Assembly (NCBI RefSeq): GCF_988243305.1
Contig: NZ_OZ547136.1
DNA length: 64,000 bases
Strand: one strand, 5' to 3'
Shown: positions 39,130-50,606 of the stretch, in pieces
Layout: every line of letters starts with the position of its first letter
Position numbering within the stretch: the first letter of the stretch is position 1
Made by a program: the position numbers and the translations under genes
Notes under the pieces: generated by a model
What the model was told of the DNA's origin: nothing
The model's database searches: none
The model's input: only the letters and a program-made list of their open reading frames with translations

Positions 39130-39684
39130 ATGGGCAAATATATTCGTCCCTTATCCGATGCGGTATTTACCATCGCATCTGATGACCTGTGGATCGAGAG
39201 TTTAGCGATTCAACAATTACACACCACGGCAAATTTACCCAACATGCAGCGCGTAGTAGGGATGCCAGATTTACACCCCGGACGCGGCTACCCGATTGGC
39301 GCAGCGTTATTCTCTGTTGGTCGTTTTTACCCGGCAAGACGTCGCGGTAACGGTGCTGGAAACAGAAACGGGCCGCTACTCTGACACGCTGCGTTCGGCG
39401 CTGATTTCTCTGGATGGCGATAACGCATGGGCATTAAGCGAAAGTTGGTGCGGCACTATTCAGTGGATTTGTCCGAGTCCGTATCGGCCTCATCATGGGC
39501 GCAAAAACTTGTTTCTGGGCATGCTAACAAGCGGCTGGCGCGATTGCTGATTGCCTGGAAGCTGGAACAACAGCAACAGGAAAATAGCGCGGTGCTGAAA
39601 TCGCGGCGGCGAATGTTCCATCACCAGATTGAACGTGGCAACCCGAGACGGACATTTACAGGGATGGCTTTTATCGAAGGATAA
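39130..39684 (+). pseudogene. ykfJ'/prfH' remnant: RtcB N-terminal fragment followed by fragmented release-factor-H homologue
   Basis: Three short overlapping ORFs in different frames: RtcB-like N-terminus (...[25 protein letters not shown]) and PrfH-like pieces (...[48 protein letters not shown]). Confidence 0.5.
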
Positions 39685-39740
39685 TGAAGGATGAAACTGC
39701 CGGAAGGCGATTAAACGCCATCCGGCAGCAAATCAAATAA

Positions 39741-41198
39741 TTACTTCGCCGGAATTTCTTTCAGCAGCTCAGTCAGCAGTGTCCAGTAATGACCTACGCT
39801 TTCGATGTGAACTTGCTCATCCGGAGAGTGTGGACCGGTGATTGTTGGCCCGATAGAAACCATGTCCATTTCCGGATACGGTTTTTTGAACAGACCACAT
39901 TCCAGGCCCGCGTGGATAATCTGGATGTTCGGCGTCTTGTTGAACAGACGCTGATAAGTTTCACGTACCAGATGCATCACCGGAGAATTAGCGTCCGGCT
40001 GCCAGCCAGGATATGCGCCTTTCGCTTCGGTTTTCGCGCCAGCCAGTTTACCCAGCGAATCCAGCATGCTCACCACGTAGTCTTTACCGCTGTCGATCAG
40101 AGAACGGATCAGGCAGTGAATTTCTACGTTATTGTCAGTCATGGTCACCACACCGACGTTCAGGGAGGTTTCGACCACACCTTTTGCCACGTCGGAGTTG
40201 CGGATCACACCGTTCGGGGTGGCGTTCAGCAGACGAATAAAGGTATCGCGAGATTTCGCAATCAGAGCTGCTTTATCGTTCGCTACAGAGTCCAGCAACA
40301 AGGCCAGATTCTTCTCTTTCTCTGCCAGCTCGTTTTTCAGGATCTCCTGATAGGTATTCACCAGAGATTTCAGGGCGTCGACTTTATCAGCTGCGACAGC
40401 AATGGTCGCAAAGGCTTCACGCGGGATGGCGTTACGCAGTGTGCCGCCGTTGAAATCAATAAGACGCAGGTCCAGTTCTTCTGCATGACCCGCCAGGAAG
40501 CGCACCAGCAGTTTGTTCGCGTTACCCAGGCCAACGTGGATTTCACCGCCGGAGTGACCGCCTTTCAGACCTTTTAAGGTTAACTTGAAGGTTTCAAAAC
40601 CAGCTGGAACTGCTTCACGATCTAAATGCAGGTTGGAGGTGAAGTCGATACCCCCCGCGCAACCCATGTAGATTTCACCTTCTTCTTCGGAGTCGGTGTT
40701 AATCAGAATATCAGCCTGCAACCAGTTGCTTTGTAAGCCAAAAGCACCGTCCATACCGGCTTCTTCGGTCATGGTCAGCAGCACTTCCAGCGGGCCGTGA
40801 ACCACGTTTTCGTCAGCCAGAACCGCCAGTGCAGAGGCCATACCAATGCCGTTATCCGCACCCAGCGTGGTGCCGCGCGCTTTAACCCATTCGCCATCAA
40901 TATAAGGCTGGATAGGATCTTTCGTGAAGTCATGCACGGTGTCGTTATTTTTCTGCGGCACCATATCGAGGTGGGCCTGCAAGACGACCGGTTTACGATT
41001 TTCCATACCTGCGGTAGCAGGTTTACGAATCAGGATATTACCTACCTGATCGCGTTCGACATGGAAACCTTTCTCTTTTGCCCAACCAACAATGTATTCA
41101 GCGAGTTGCTCTTCATGATAGGACGGGTGAGGAATAGAACAGATTTTGGCAAAAATATCCCACAGCGGCTGTGGAGATAATTGAGACAGTTCAGACAC
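39741..41198 (-). CDS. pepD: Cytosol non-specific dipeptidase PepD
   Basis: 485 aa; M20-family dipeptidase matching PepD. Confidence 0.9.
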   Translation of the reverse strand: MSELSQLSPQPLWDIFAKICSIPHPSYHEEQLAEYIVGWAKEKGFHVERDQVGNILIRKPATAGMENRKPVVLQAHLDMVPQKNNDTVHDFTKDPIQPYIDGEWVKARGTTLGADNGIGMASALAVLADENVVHGPLEVLLTMTEEAGMDGAFGLQSNWLQADILINTDSEEEGEIYMGCAGGIDFTSNLHLDREAVPAGFETFKLTLKGLKGGHSGGEIHVGLGNANKLLVRFLAGHAEELDLRLIDFNGGTLRNAIPREAFATIAVAADKVDALKSLVNTYQEILKNELAEKEKNLALLLDSVANDKAALIAKSRDTFIRLLNATPNGVIRNSDVAKGVVETSLNVGVVTMTDNNVEIHCLIRSLIDSGKDYVVSMLDSLGKLAGAKTEAKGAYPGWQPDANSPVMHLVRETYQRLFNKTPNIQIIHAGLECGLFKKPYPEMDMVSIGPTITGPHSPDEQVHIESVGHYWTLLTELLKEIPAK

Positions 41199-41458
41199 GT
41201 TAAGTCTCCTTGTCGATCACCCGCAAAACAGTATTGCAGGTCACAGGGTTAGCAGAAAATGTTGTCAACACAAGATAGGCTTGCGAGATATGTTTGAGAA
41301 TACCACTTTATCCCGCGTCAGGGAGAGGCAGTGCGTAAAAAGACGCGGACTCATGTGAAATACTGGTTTTTAGTGCGCCAGATCTCTATAATCTCGCGCA
41401 ACCTATTTTCCCCTCGAACACTTTTTAAGCCGTAGATAAACAGGCTGGGACACTTCAC

Positions 41459-41917
41459 ATGAGCGAAAAATACATCGTCACCTGGGACATGTTGCAGATC
41501 CATGCACGTAAACTCGCAAGCCGACTGATGCCTTCTGAACAATGGAAAGGCATTATTGCCGTAAGCCGTGGCGGTCTGGTACCGGGTGCGTTACTGGCGC
41601 GTGAACTGGGTATTCGTCATGTCGATACCGTTTGTATTTCCAGCTATGATCACGACAACCAGCGCGAGCTTAAAGTGCTGAAACGCGCAGAAGGCGATGG
41701 CGAAGGCTTCATCGTTATTGATGACCTGGTGGATACCGGTGGCACTGCGGTTGCGATTCGTGAAATGTATCCAAAAGCGCACTTTGTCACCATCTTCGCA
41801 AAACCGGCTGGTCGTCCGCTGGTTGATGATTATGTTGTTGATATCCCGCAAGATACCTGGATCGAACAACCGTGGGATATGGGCGTCGTATTCGTCCCGC
41901 CAATCTCCGGTCGCTAA
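41459..41917 (+). CDS. gpt: Xanthine-guanine phosphoribosyltransferase Gpt
   Basis: 152 aa; PRTase motif [11 protein letters not shown]. Confidence 0.9.
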
Positions 41918-42008
41918 TCTTTTCAACGCCTGGCACTGCCGGGCGTTGTTCTTTTTAACTTCAGGCGGGTTACAATAGTTTCCAGTAAGTATTCTGGAGG
42001 CTGCATCC

Positions 42009-43253
42009 ATGACACAGGCAAACCTGAGCGAAACCCTGTTCAAACCCCGCTTTAAACATCCTGAAACCTCGACGCTAGTCCGCCGCTTTAATCACGGCGC
42101 ACAACCGCCTGTGCAGTCGGCCCTTGATGGTAAAACCATCCCTCACTGGTATCGCATGATTAACCGTCTGATGTGGATCTGGCGCGGCATTGACCCACGT
42201 GAAATCCTCGACGTCCAGGCACGTATTGTGATGAGCGATGCCGAACGTACCGACGATGATTTATACGATACGGTGATTGGCTACCGTGGTGGCAACTGGA
42301 TTTATGAGTGGGCCACCCAGGCGATGGTGTGGCAACAAAAAGCCTGTGCGGAAGAAGATCCGCAACTCAGTGGTCGTCACTGGCTGCATGCGGCTACGTT
42401 GTACAACATTGCCGCCTATCCTCATCTGAAAGGAGATGACCTGGCCGAGCAAGCGCAGGCTTTGTCAAACCGCGCCTATGAAGAGGCCGCTCAGCGTCTG
42501 CCGGGCACCATGCGGCAGATGGAGTTTACCGTACCCGGCGGTGCGCCCATCACCGGCTTTTTGCATATGCCGAAAGGCGATGGCCCGTTCCCGACAGTAT
42601 TAATGTGTGGTGGTCTGGATGCGATGCAGACGGACTATTACAGCCTGTATGAACGTTATTTTGCGCCGCGCGGCATTGCGATGCTGACTATTGATATGCC
42701 GTCGGTGGGCTTTTCTTCAAAATGGAAGCTCACCCAGGACTCCAGCCTGTTGCATCAGCACGTCTTAAAGGCGCTGCCTAACGTACCGTGGGTAGATCAC
42801 ACTCGCGTCGCGGCCTTTGGTTTCCGTTTCGGCGCTAACGTTGCCGTACGTCTGGCATACCTTGAATCGCCGCGTCTGAAAGCGGTTGCCTGTCTTGGTC
42901 CGGTAGTTCATACCCTGTTGAGTGATTTTAAGTGCCAGCAACAGGTGCCGGAAATGTATCTTGACGTTCTGGCGAGTCGTTTGGGGATGCATGATGCTTC
43001 CGACGAAGCGTTACGCGTGGAGTTGAATCGCTATTCATTAAAAGTGCAAGGATTGCTGGGACGTCGTTGCCCAACGCCAATGTTATCAGGCTACTGGAAG
43101 AACGATCCGTTCAGCCCGGAAGAGGACTCACGCTTAATCACCTCATCATCTGCTGACGGTAAATTGTTAGAGATCCCATTTAACCCGGTGTATCGGAATT
43201 TTGACAAAGGTCTTCAGGAAATCACCGACTGGATCGAAAAACGATTGTGTTAA
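42009..43253 (+). CDS. frsA: Esterase FrsA (fermentation/respiration switch protein)
   Basis: 414 aa; alpha/beta hydrolase matching FrsA. Confidence 0.85.
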
Positions 43254-43712
<459 letters not shown>

Positions 43713-43721
43713 GTGAAATGT

Positions 43722-43742
43722 GCCGGATGCATCACATCCGGC
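43722..43742. terminator. Bidirectional hairpin between convergent crl and phoE
   Basis: 8-bp perfect stem GCCGGATG / CATCCGGC with 5-nt loop, between the two stop codons. Confidence 0.5.
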
Positions 43743-43750
43743 AATATCCA

Positions 43751-44806
43751 TTAAAACTGATAGGTCATGCCAACCGCGACAATATCATCATTATTGATGT
43801 TCAGCTTATTATCGCTATCCAGTTGGTTTATTTTATAATCAACAAATGCCGACATATTTTTGTTGAAATAATACGTAGCACCAACATCGATATAATTGAC
43901 CAGATCTTCATCACCGATGCCTTCAATATCTTTCCCTTTCGATAAGACATAACCCAGCGACGGACGCAGACCAAAGTCAAACTGGTATTGGGCGACCGCT
44001 TCAAAGTTCTGTGTCTTATTGGCAAAGCCGCCAGTTATTGGCGTCATTTTGCGTGTTTCAGAATAGAAAGTTGCCAGATAAATATTATTGGCATCGTATT
44101 TCAGACCTGTTGCCCATGCTTCTGCACGCTTGCCTGTGCCACGGCTTTGCAGGTTCTGCTCGTTAGTGCGATCGGAGTTGGTATAGGCCCCACTGATGGC
44201 GAAATCGCTGCCACCAAAGTCATATGTCAATGACGTACCGAAGCCATCGCCGTTTTGCTTTTTAACGTCGCGGTTTTCGTTTTTCCCTTGATATTGCAGG
44301 GTTAAGTTCAGGCCATCGATAACGCCGAAGAAGTCAGTGTTACGGTAAGTGGCCAGACCGCTGGCGCGTTTGGTCATAAAGTTGTCGGTCTGCGCCGAGG
44401 AGTCGCCACCAAATTCCGGGAACATATCGGTCCAGGCTTCCACGTCATACAGCGCGCCCAGGTTACGACCATAATCGAAAGAACCCAAATCTTTATATTT
44501 CAACCCGGCAAAAGCGAGACGCGTTTTTTGCTGTGCAGTATCACTCTCCGCTTTATTATCGGCAAACTCCGCTTCCCACCGACCATAACCCGTCAGTTGA
44601 TCGTTAATTTGTGTTTCGCCTTTAAAACCAAAACGGATATAACTCTGGTCGCCATCTTTACTGTCGTTATCACTCATATAATGCATGGCTTTAACTTTGC
44701 CATAGACATCCAGTTTATTACCGTCTTTGTTATATATTTCTGCGGCCTGTACGGATGCAGATGCCACAATGCCCATCACCACTAATGCCAGAGTGCTCTT
44801 TTTCAT
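43751..44806 (-). CDS. phoE: Outer membrane phosphoporin PhoE
   Basis: ORF track 43751..44812; start at [21 protein letters not shown] gives 351 aa; porin C-terminal F. Confidence 0.9.
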   Translation of the reverse strand: MKKSTLALVVMGIVASASVQAAEIYNKDGNKLDVYGKVKAMHYMSDNDSKDGDQSYIRFGFKGETQINDQLTGYGRWEAEFADNKAESDTAQQKTRLAFAGLKYKDLGSFDYGRNLGALYDVEAWTDMFPEFGGDSSAQTDNFMTKRASGLATYRNTDFFGVIDGLNLTLQYQGKNENRDVKKQNGDGFGTSLTYDFGGSDFAISGAYTNSDRTNEQNLQSRGTGKRAEAWATGLKYDANNIYLATFYSETRKMTPITGGFANKTQNFEAVAQYQFDFGLRPSLGYVLSKGKDIEGIGDEDLVNYIDVGATYYFNKNMSAFVDYKINQLDSDNKLNINNDDIVAVGMTYQF

Positions 44807-45093
44807 TTTCATTCCTGATTTTAATTAACGCGCGAATATTCAGCGGGAGAGTCCCGTTGAAAACAGGAAAGTTTTTAACCTGAGATTGTTAAAGATATAT
44901 TACAGATTAATAATATTCTTAAAATGTGGTAATTTATTAAATCTGTAATAAAAGCGTAAACAACTGCCGCTACGCTTGCTGATCCCGCGCAACAAAACAC
45001 CATGCTTTGCTCGCAGATGGTTGGCAACCGACGACAGTCCTGCTAAAACGTTCGTTTGATATCATTTTTCCTAAAATTGAATGGCAGAGAATC

Positions 45094-46197
45094 ATGAGTG
45101 ACAGCCAGACGCTGGTGGTAAAACTCGGCACCAGTGTGCTAACAGGCGGATCGCGCCGCCTGAACCGTGCCCATATCGTTGAACTTGTTCGCCAGTGCGC
45201 GCAGTTACATGCCGCCGGGCATCGGATTGTTATTGTGACGTCGGGCGCGATCGCCGCCGGACGTGAGCACCTGGGTTACCCGGAACTGCCAGCGACTATC
45301 GCCTCGAAACAACTGCTGGCGGCGGTAGGGCAGAGTCGACTGATTCAACTGTGGGAACAGCTGTTTTCGATTTATGGCATTCACGTCGGGCAGATGCTGC
45401 TGACCCGTGCTGATATGGAAGACCGTGAACGCTTCCTGAACGCCCGCGACACCCTGCGTGCGTTGCTCGATAACAATATCGTTCCGGTAATCAATGAGAA
45501 CGATGCTGTCGCTACTGCAGAGATTAAGGTCGGCGATAACGATAACCTTTCTGCGCTGGCGGCGATTCTGGCGGGTGCCGATAAACTGTTGCTGCTGACC
45601 GATCAAAAAGGTTTGTACACCGCTGACCCGCGCAGCAATCCGCAGGCAGAACTGATTAAAGATGTTTACGGCATTGATGACGCACTGCGCGCGATTGCTG
45701 GCGACAGCGTTTCAGGCCTCGGAACTGGCGGCATGAGTACCAAATTGCAGGCCGCAGACGTGGCTTGCCGTGCGGGTATCGACACCATTATTGCCGCGGG
45801 CAGCAAGCCGGGCGTTATTGGTGATGTGATGGAAGGCATTTCCGTCGGTACGCTGTTCCATGCCCAGGCGACTCCGCTTGAAAACCGTAAACGCTGGATT
45901 TTCGGTGCGCCACCGGCGGGTGAAATCACGGTAGATGAAGGGGCAACCGCCGCCATTCTTGAACGCGGTAGCTCCCTGTTGCCGAAAGGCATTAAGAGCG
46001 TAACTGGCAACTTCTCGCGTGGTGAAGTCATCCGCATTTGTAACCTCGAAGGTCGCGATATCGCCCACGGCGTCAGTCGTTATAACAGCGATGCATTACG
46101 CCGTATTGCCGGACACCACTCGCAAGAAATTGATGCAATACTGGGATATGAATACGGCCCGGTTGCCGTTCACCGTGATGACATGATTACCCGTTAA
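45094..46197 (+). CDS. proB: Glutamate 5-kinase ProB
   Basis: Start at ATG 45094 ([16 protein letters not shown]...) gives 367 aa; ORF track start 45007 is upstream. Confidence 0.9.
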
Positions 46198-46208
46198 GGA
46201 GCTGGCCG

Positions 46209-47462
46209 ATGCTGGAACAAATGGGCATTGCCGCGAAGCAAGCCTCGTATAAATTAGCGCAACTCTCCAGCCGCGAAAAAAATCGCGTGCTGGAAAAAAT
46301 CGCCGATGAACTGGAAGCACAAAGCGAAATCATCCTCAACGCTAACGCCCAGGATGTTGCTGACGCGCGTGCCAATGGCCTTAGCGAAGCGATGCTTGAC
46401 CGTCTGGCACTGACGCCCGCACGGCTGAAAGGCATCGCCGACGATGTGCGTCAGGTGTGTAATCTCGCCGATCCGGTGGGGCAGGTAATCGATGGCGGCG
46501 TACTGGACAGTGGTCTGCGTCTGGAGCGCCGTCGCGTGCCGCTGGGGGTGATTGGCGTGATTTATGAAGCGCGCCCGAACGTGACGGTAGATGTCGCTTC
46601 GCTGTGCCTGAAAACAGGTAACGCGGTGATCCTGCGCGGCGGCAAAGAAACGTGTCGCACTAACGCTGCAACGGTGGCGGTGATTCAGGACGCCCTGAAA
46701 TCCTGCGGCTTACCGGCGGGTGCCGTGCAGGCGATTGATAATCCTGACCGTGCGCTGGTCAGTGAAATGCTGCGTATGGATAAATACATCGACATGCTGA
46801 TCCCGCGTGGTGGCGCTGGCCTGCATAAACTGTGCCGCGAACAGTCGACGATCCCGGTGATCACAGGTGGTATAGGCGTATGCCATATTTATGTTGATGA
46901 AAGTGCAGAGATCGCTGAAGCCCTGAAAGTAATCGTCAACGCGAAAACTCAGCGTCCGAGCACATGTAATACGGTAGAAACGTTGCTGGTGAATAAAAAC
47001 ATCGCCGATAGCTTCCTGCCAGCATTAAGCAAGCAAATGGCGGAAAGCGGCGTGACATTACACGCAGATATAGCTGCGCTGGCGCAGTTGCAGGCAGGCC
47101 CCGCGAAGGTGGTGGCTGTTAAAGCCGAAGAGTATGACGATGAGTTTCTGTCATTAGATTTGAACGTCAAAATCGTCAGCGATCTTGACGATGCCATCGC
47201 CCATATTCGTGAACACGGCACGCAACACTCCGATGCGATCCTGACCCGCGATATGCGCAACGCCCAGCGTTTTGTTAACGAAGTGGATTCGTCCGCTGTT
47301 TACGTTAACGCCTCTACGCGTTTTACCGACGGCGGCCAGTTTGGACTGGGTGCGGAAGTGGCGGTAAGCACACAAAAACTCCACGCGCGTGGCCCAATGG
47401 GGCTGGAAGCACTGACCACTTACAAGTGGATCGGCATTGGTGATTACACCATTCGTGCGTAA
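46209..47462 (+). CDS. proA: Gamma-glutamyl phosphate reductase ProA
   Basis: 417 aa; starts 12 nt after the proB stop. Confidence 0.9.
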   Translation: MLEQMGIAAKQASYKLAQLSSREKNRVLEKIADELEAQSEIILNANAQDVADARANGLSEAMLDRLALTPARLKGIADDVRQVCNLADPVGQVIDGGVLDSGLRLERRRVPLGVIGVIYEARPNVTVDVASLCLKTGNAVILRGGKETCRTNAATVAVIQDALKSCGLPAGAVQAIDNPDRALVSEMLRMDKYIDMLIPRGGAGLHKLCREQSTIPVITGGIGVCHIYVDESAEIAEALKVIVNAKTQRPSTCNTVETLLVNKNIADSFLPALSKQMAESGVTLHADIAALAQLQAGPAKVVAVKAEEYDDEFLSLDLNVKIVSDLDDAIAHIREHGTQHSDAILTRDMRNAQRFVNEVDSSAVYVNASTRFTDGGQFGLGAEVAVSTQKLHARGPMGLEALTTYKWIGIGDYTIRA

Positions 47463-47576
47463 ATAAAACCGGGTGATGCAAAAGTAGCCATTTGATTCAC
47501 AAGGCCATTGACGCATCGCCCGGTTAGTTTTAACCTTGTCCACCGTGATTCACGTTCGTGAACATGTCCTTTCAGG

Positions 47577-47652
47577 GCCGATATAGCTCAGTTGGTAGAG
47601 CAGCGCATTCGTAATGCGAAGGTCGTAGGTTCGACTCCTATTATCGGCACCA
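47577..47652 (+). tRNA. thrW: tRNA-Thr (anticodon CGU)
   Basis: 76-nt sequence GCCGATATAGCTCAGTTGGTAGAGCAGCGCATTCGTAATGCGAAGGTCGTAGGTTCGACTCCTATTATCGGCACCA with D-loop, CGT anticodon in ATTCGTAAT loop, T-loop GGTTCGACTCC and encoded CCA. Confidence 0.9.
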
Positions 47653-47665
47653 TTAAATCAATAAG

Positions 47666-47830
47666 TTACACATAATTAGTACCTTCCTTTTTTTTTGACT
47701 GGGACAAATTTGGGACCGATGGGTTCAGGACTGAGTCTATTTGCCGTGCGTGTTCGGTAAGGTGATTAGGCGCGAGGTGAGCATATCGACGAACCATTTC
47801 GATAGACTCCCAGCCTCCCATTTCTGAAAA
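47666..47830 (-). pseudogene. 3'-terminal remnant of a tyrosine-recombinase (phage/island integrase) gene
   Basis: Only about 55 C-terminal codons with integrase-like ...[28 protein letters not shown]...; stop is 14 nt from the thrW 3' end; upstream boundary approximate. Confidence 0.65.
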
Positions 47831-47836
47831 TGCAAG

Positions 47837-48388
47837 TTGGATGTCACAGACCGACAGTCCATGGCAGATTTCGTGCAAGCAGCGCTGGATAGCTGGGGGC
47901 GAGTTGATGTTCTTATCAATAATGCGGGCGTTATGCCGCTTTCACCGCTTGCAGCAGGAAAACAAGATGAATGGGAACTCACTATTGACGTGAATATCAA
48001 AGGCGTACTTTGGGGAATTGGCGCTGTACTTCCGGTGATGGAAGCACAGGGTTCCGGTCAGATAATCAATCTTGGTTCTATTGGTGCCCTTTCTGTTGTG
48101 CCCACAGGCGCAGTCTATTGTGCATCAAAATTTGCAGTACGGGCTATTTCGGATGGCTTACGGCAGGAAAGCTCGAAAATCCGTGTGACCTGCGTAAATC
48201 CTGGGGTTGTAGAAAGTGAACTGGCTTCAACCATTACCCATGTGGAAACCATGAAGTCAATGGACGCCTACCGTTCTGTTGCACTTCAACCCGCGGATAT
48301 TGCCCGTGCTGTAAGGCATATTATTGAGTCTCCCGAAAGCGTTGATACAACCGAAATTACCATCAGACCTACTGCATCTGCAAACTGA
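47837..48388 (+). pseudogene. 5'-truncated short-chain dehydrogenase/reductase (SDR) gene
   Basis: Homology starts within the SDR fold (...DVLINNAGV...; catalytic YCASK) but the N-terminal Rossmann TGxxxGIG segment is absent; overlaps the integrase remnant at a probable deletion junction. Confidence 0.6.
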
Positions 48389-48603
48389 AGAATAACTTTT
48401 ATATTCACGTTTTATTAAATAGGTCGGAAGGAAAATTTATATCCACTGTTTTGAATAGCAAGATGCATTATATTATGCATTGCTCACTCCGAAGGAGATG
48501 AAGGTTTAATTACAGTAAGATTATTTTCACAGGGAGTAAACATGACTCATATTTAATGCCTTTGTATATAAAACTCATCCTCTCAATTGTCAGGAGAATT
48601 AGC

Positions 48604-48834
48604 GTGAATACTATCTGTTCTTTAATTGTTGTTGTTACACTGTCTTTATTATCATTCAGTAGCGTCGCCAAAACGATTACTGCCGTCGGTTCAACCATCG
48701 ACAGCACTGAAAAAGAAATTTCTTTACAGGCAGCAAAACAAGGAAAATCATATAAAATTCTGGGCGCGTTTTTTAAGAACAGAGTTTATATGATAGCAAA
48801 GTTAATACCAGTCAGTAAAAATGATGCTTCGTAA
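48604..48834 (+). CDS. Small exported protein, DUF1471 (YdgH/BhsA/McbA)-like
   Basis: GTG at 48604 with AGGAGA 6 nt upstream; signal-peptide-like N-terminus followed by ...ITAVGSTIDSTEKEISLQAAKQGKSYKILGA...; about 76 aa; family call tentative. Confidence 0.45.
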   Translation: MNTICSLIVVVTLSLLSFSSVAKTITAVGSTIDSTEKEISLQAAKQGKSYKILGAFFKNRVYMIAKLIPVSKNDAS

Positions 48835-49535
48835 GGCTCATGGTCTAATTTTTAAGACATGATCAAGAAGCATGTCTATTGATTCAAAATTGTCATTATT
48901 ATGGCAATGGAATGCCCGACAAATGACGCTATACCATCCTTCTGTACCAGTCGTCCTGCTAATCCCACCGATGCTTCGGTCTGGAGTGGTAAATTAATAT
49001 TGGACACAGTTTTATTTTCTCTCTTTTTCGAGGGGGGGATATCAACAGGAAGAATACATCCCTAAGCGGTTAATGCTGGCGTAATCAATAGACCAACATT
49101 AATCACGGATGATTACCAATCAGACTGAAATGGTTAAATCGTCGAATTCATATTTAATACGTTTTCTTTCGCCGCTGAACAACTTGAAAAGGATACATAT
49201 TTTAAATATCAGTGAAGTGAACAGTTTATTGCCATTATTAATAGAGATGGAGGAATAAATACGCGTATTCGACTATTGCAACAAAAACAACGATGATGAT
49301 CAGTTTTCATAATGAAGTAACCTGACAGATATAAAAATGTTGATTGAGGCTAAATGCCCGGATGAAGGTTGTCGAGGGAGCCAGGTGGTTTTTTCTTTTG
49401 GGTGATCTCCATTGCTGGATAGTCCCCTTGTACAGATAAGCCTGCTCTTTCTCGCTCAAAGCAGACCCTGGAATTGAACGCAGAGGGACTACCTGACACA
49501 ATTTTGCACAGTGAAGAGTCGGTCGTTATTAACGT

Positions 49536-50420
49536 TCAGATTTTCAATGTATCAATGACCATCCGCAGGGCGGGGGAGACGTTGCGATGAGGGTAATAGA
49601 GAAACAATCCCTCCATTCGCAGGCTGTAACGCTGCAACACCCTGATAAGCTTACCGTGTTCTAAATCATCCGCGACCAGTTCAACAGGAACATAGGCCAA
49701 TCCGAGGCCCAGCCGGGCGGCTTCTGCTTCCATATAGCTGTCGGATAGGGCCCATTGCCCTTCAGGGCGATGAGTGATTTTTTTATCATCCTGATTGAGT
49801 TCCCACTGGTATACGCTGCCGTCGGCAAACTGATAGGCGATACAGGGATGCGCCTTTAAATCCGCCGGGGTTTGCGGAAAACCATAGCGACGAAAATGTT
49901 CCGGAGTCCCCACAATTGCCATCTCCATATCGGGCGTGATGCGTACCGCGACCATACCCTGGCCGACTTCAGGCCCCAGGCGGACACCTGCATCGAATCT
50001 TTCCTCGATGATATCGACGAACCGGCTCTCATTTATCAGTTCAAGCCGGATATCAGGATATCTCTGTTTAAATACCGCCAGCTTTGGCAGCAGGCATTTA
50101 TCAATCGCGTGCTGGCTGGCATTGATACGCACCGTGCCGGAGGGCGTCTCTCGATAGTGCGCCAGCGTGGCAAGCCCAAGATCTAACATTTCAAATCCAG
50201 ATGCCGTCTTCTGGTAGAGCTGCTCGCCTGCTTGTGTCAGCGACAGTTTACGCGTGGTGCGCACTAGCAGCTGGACGCCCAGCCTTTCTTCAAGCTCGCG
50301 AACAGAACGGCTGACTCCTGACTGAGCAAGACCCAGCCGCTGAGCCGCTGCGGTAAAGCTGCCTTCCCGCACCACCTGCATAAACAGGTACAGCTCGTTG
50401 TAGTTCTCCCTTTTCGCCAT
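49536..50420 (-). CDS. LysR-family transcriptional regulator
   Basis: 294 aa; N-terminal helix-turn-helix FTAAAQRLGLAQSGVSRSVRELEERLGVQLL; divergent from the hydrolase gene. Confidence 0.8.
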   Translation of the reverse strand: MAKRENYNELYLFMQVVREGSFTAAAQRLGLAQSGVSRSVRELEERLGVQLLVRTTRKLSLTQAGEQLYQKTASGFEMLDLGLATLAHYRETPSGTVRINASQHAIDKCLLPKLAVFKQRYPDIRLELINESRFVDIIEERFDAGVRLGPEVGQGMVAVRITPDMEMAIVGTPEHFRRYGFPQTPADLKAHPCIAYQFADGSVYQWELNQDDKKITHRPEGQWALSDSYMEAEAARLGLGLAYVPVELVADDLEHGKLIRVLQRYSLRMEGLFLYYPHRNVSPALRMVIDTLKI

Positions 50421-50606
50421 TGAAACATCCCCCCTTCATGCCGGCAATCTCCGCATTAATTTATAACAATATGGTATTAATCTTAGCATTAATCGCCCCC
50501 TAATCAGCACTAATTCTGCTCACTATAATGACCCCATCAAAGTAAAGCACCGCAGCGTTGTCCGTCGGAAACCTGTATCTCTCTGTTGTTTTTTATGGGG
50601 ATTTTT

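Noticed and set aside
38961-39173. 70-aa minus-strand ORF between yafP and the ykfJ' remnant
   Set aside because: Lies in intergenic or pseudogene DNA, has no ribosome-binding site and a low-complexity sequence; likely noise.
47468-47524. Long-range inverted repeat (AACCGGGTGATGC ... GCATCGCCCGGTT) between proA and thrW
   Set aside because: Imperfect, with a ~30-nt loop; could be a REP-like element or part of the thrW promoter, but I cannot distinguish these without comparison data.
49307-49501. 64-aa minus-strand ORF in the AT-rich gap downstream of the DUF1471-like gene
   Set aside because: No start context or recognisable features; the region looks like decayed island DNA.
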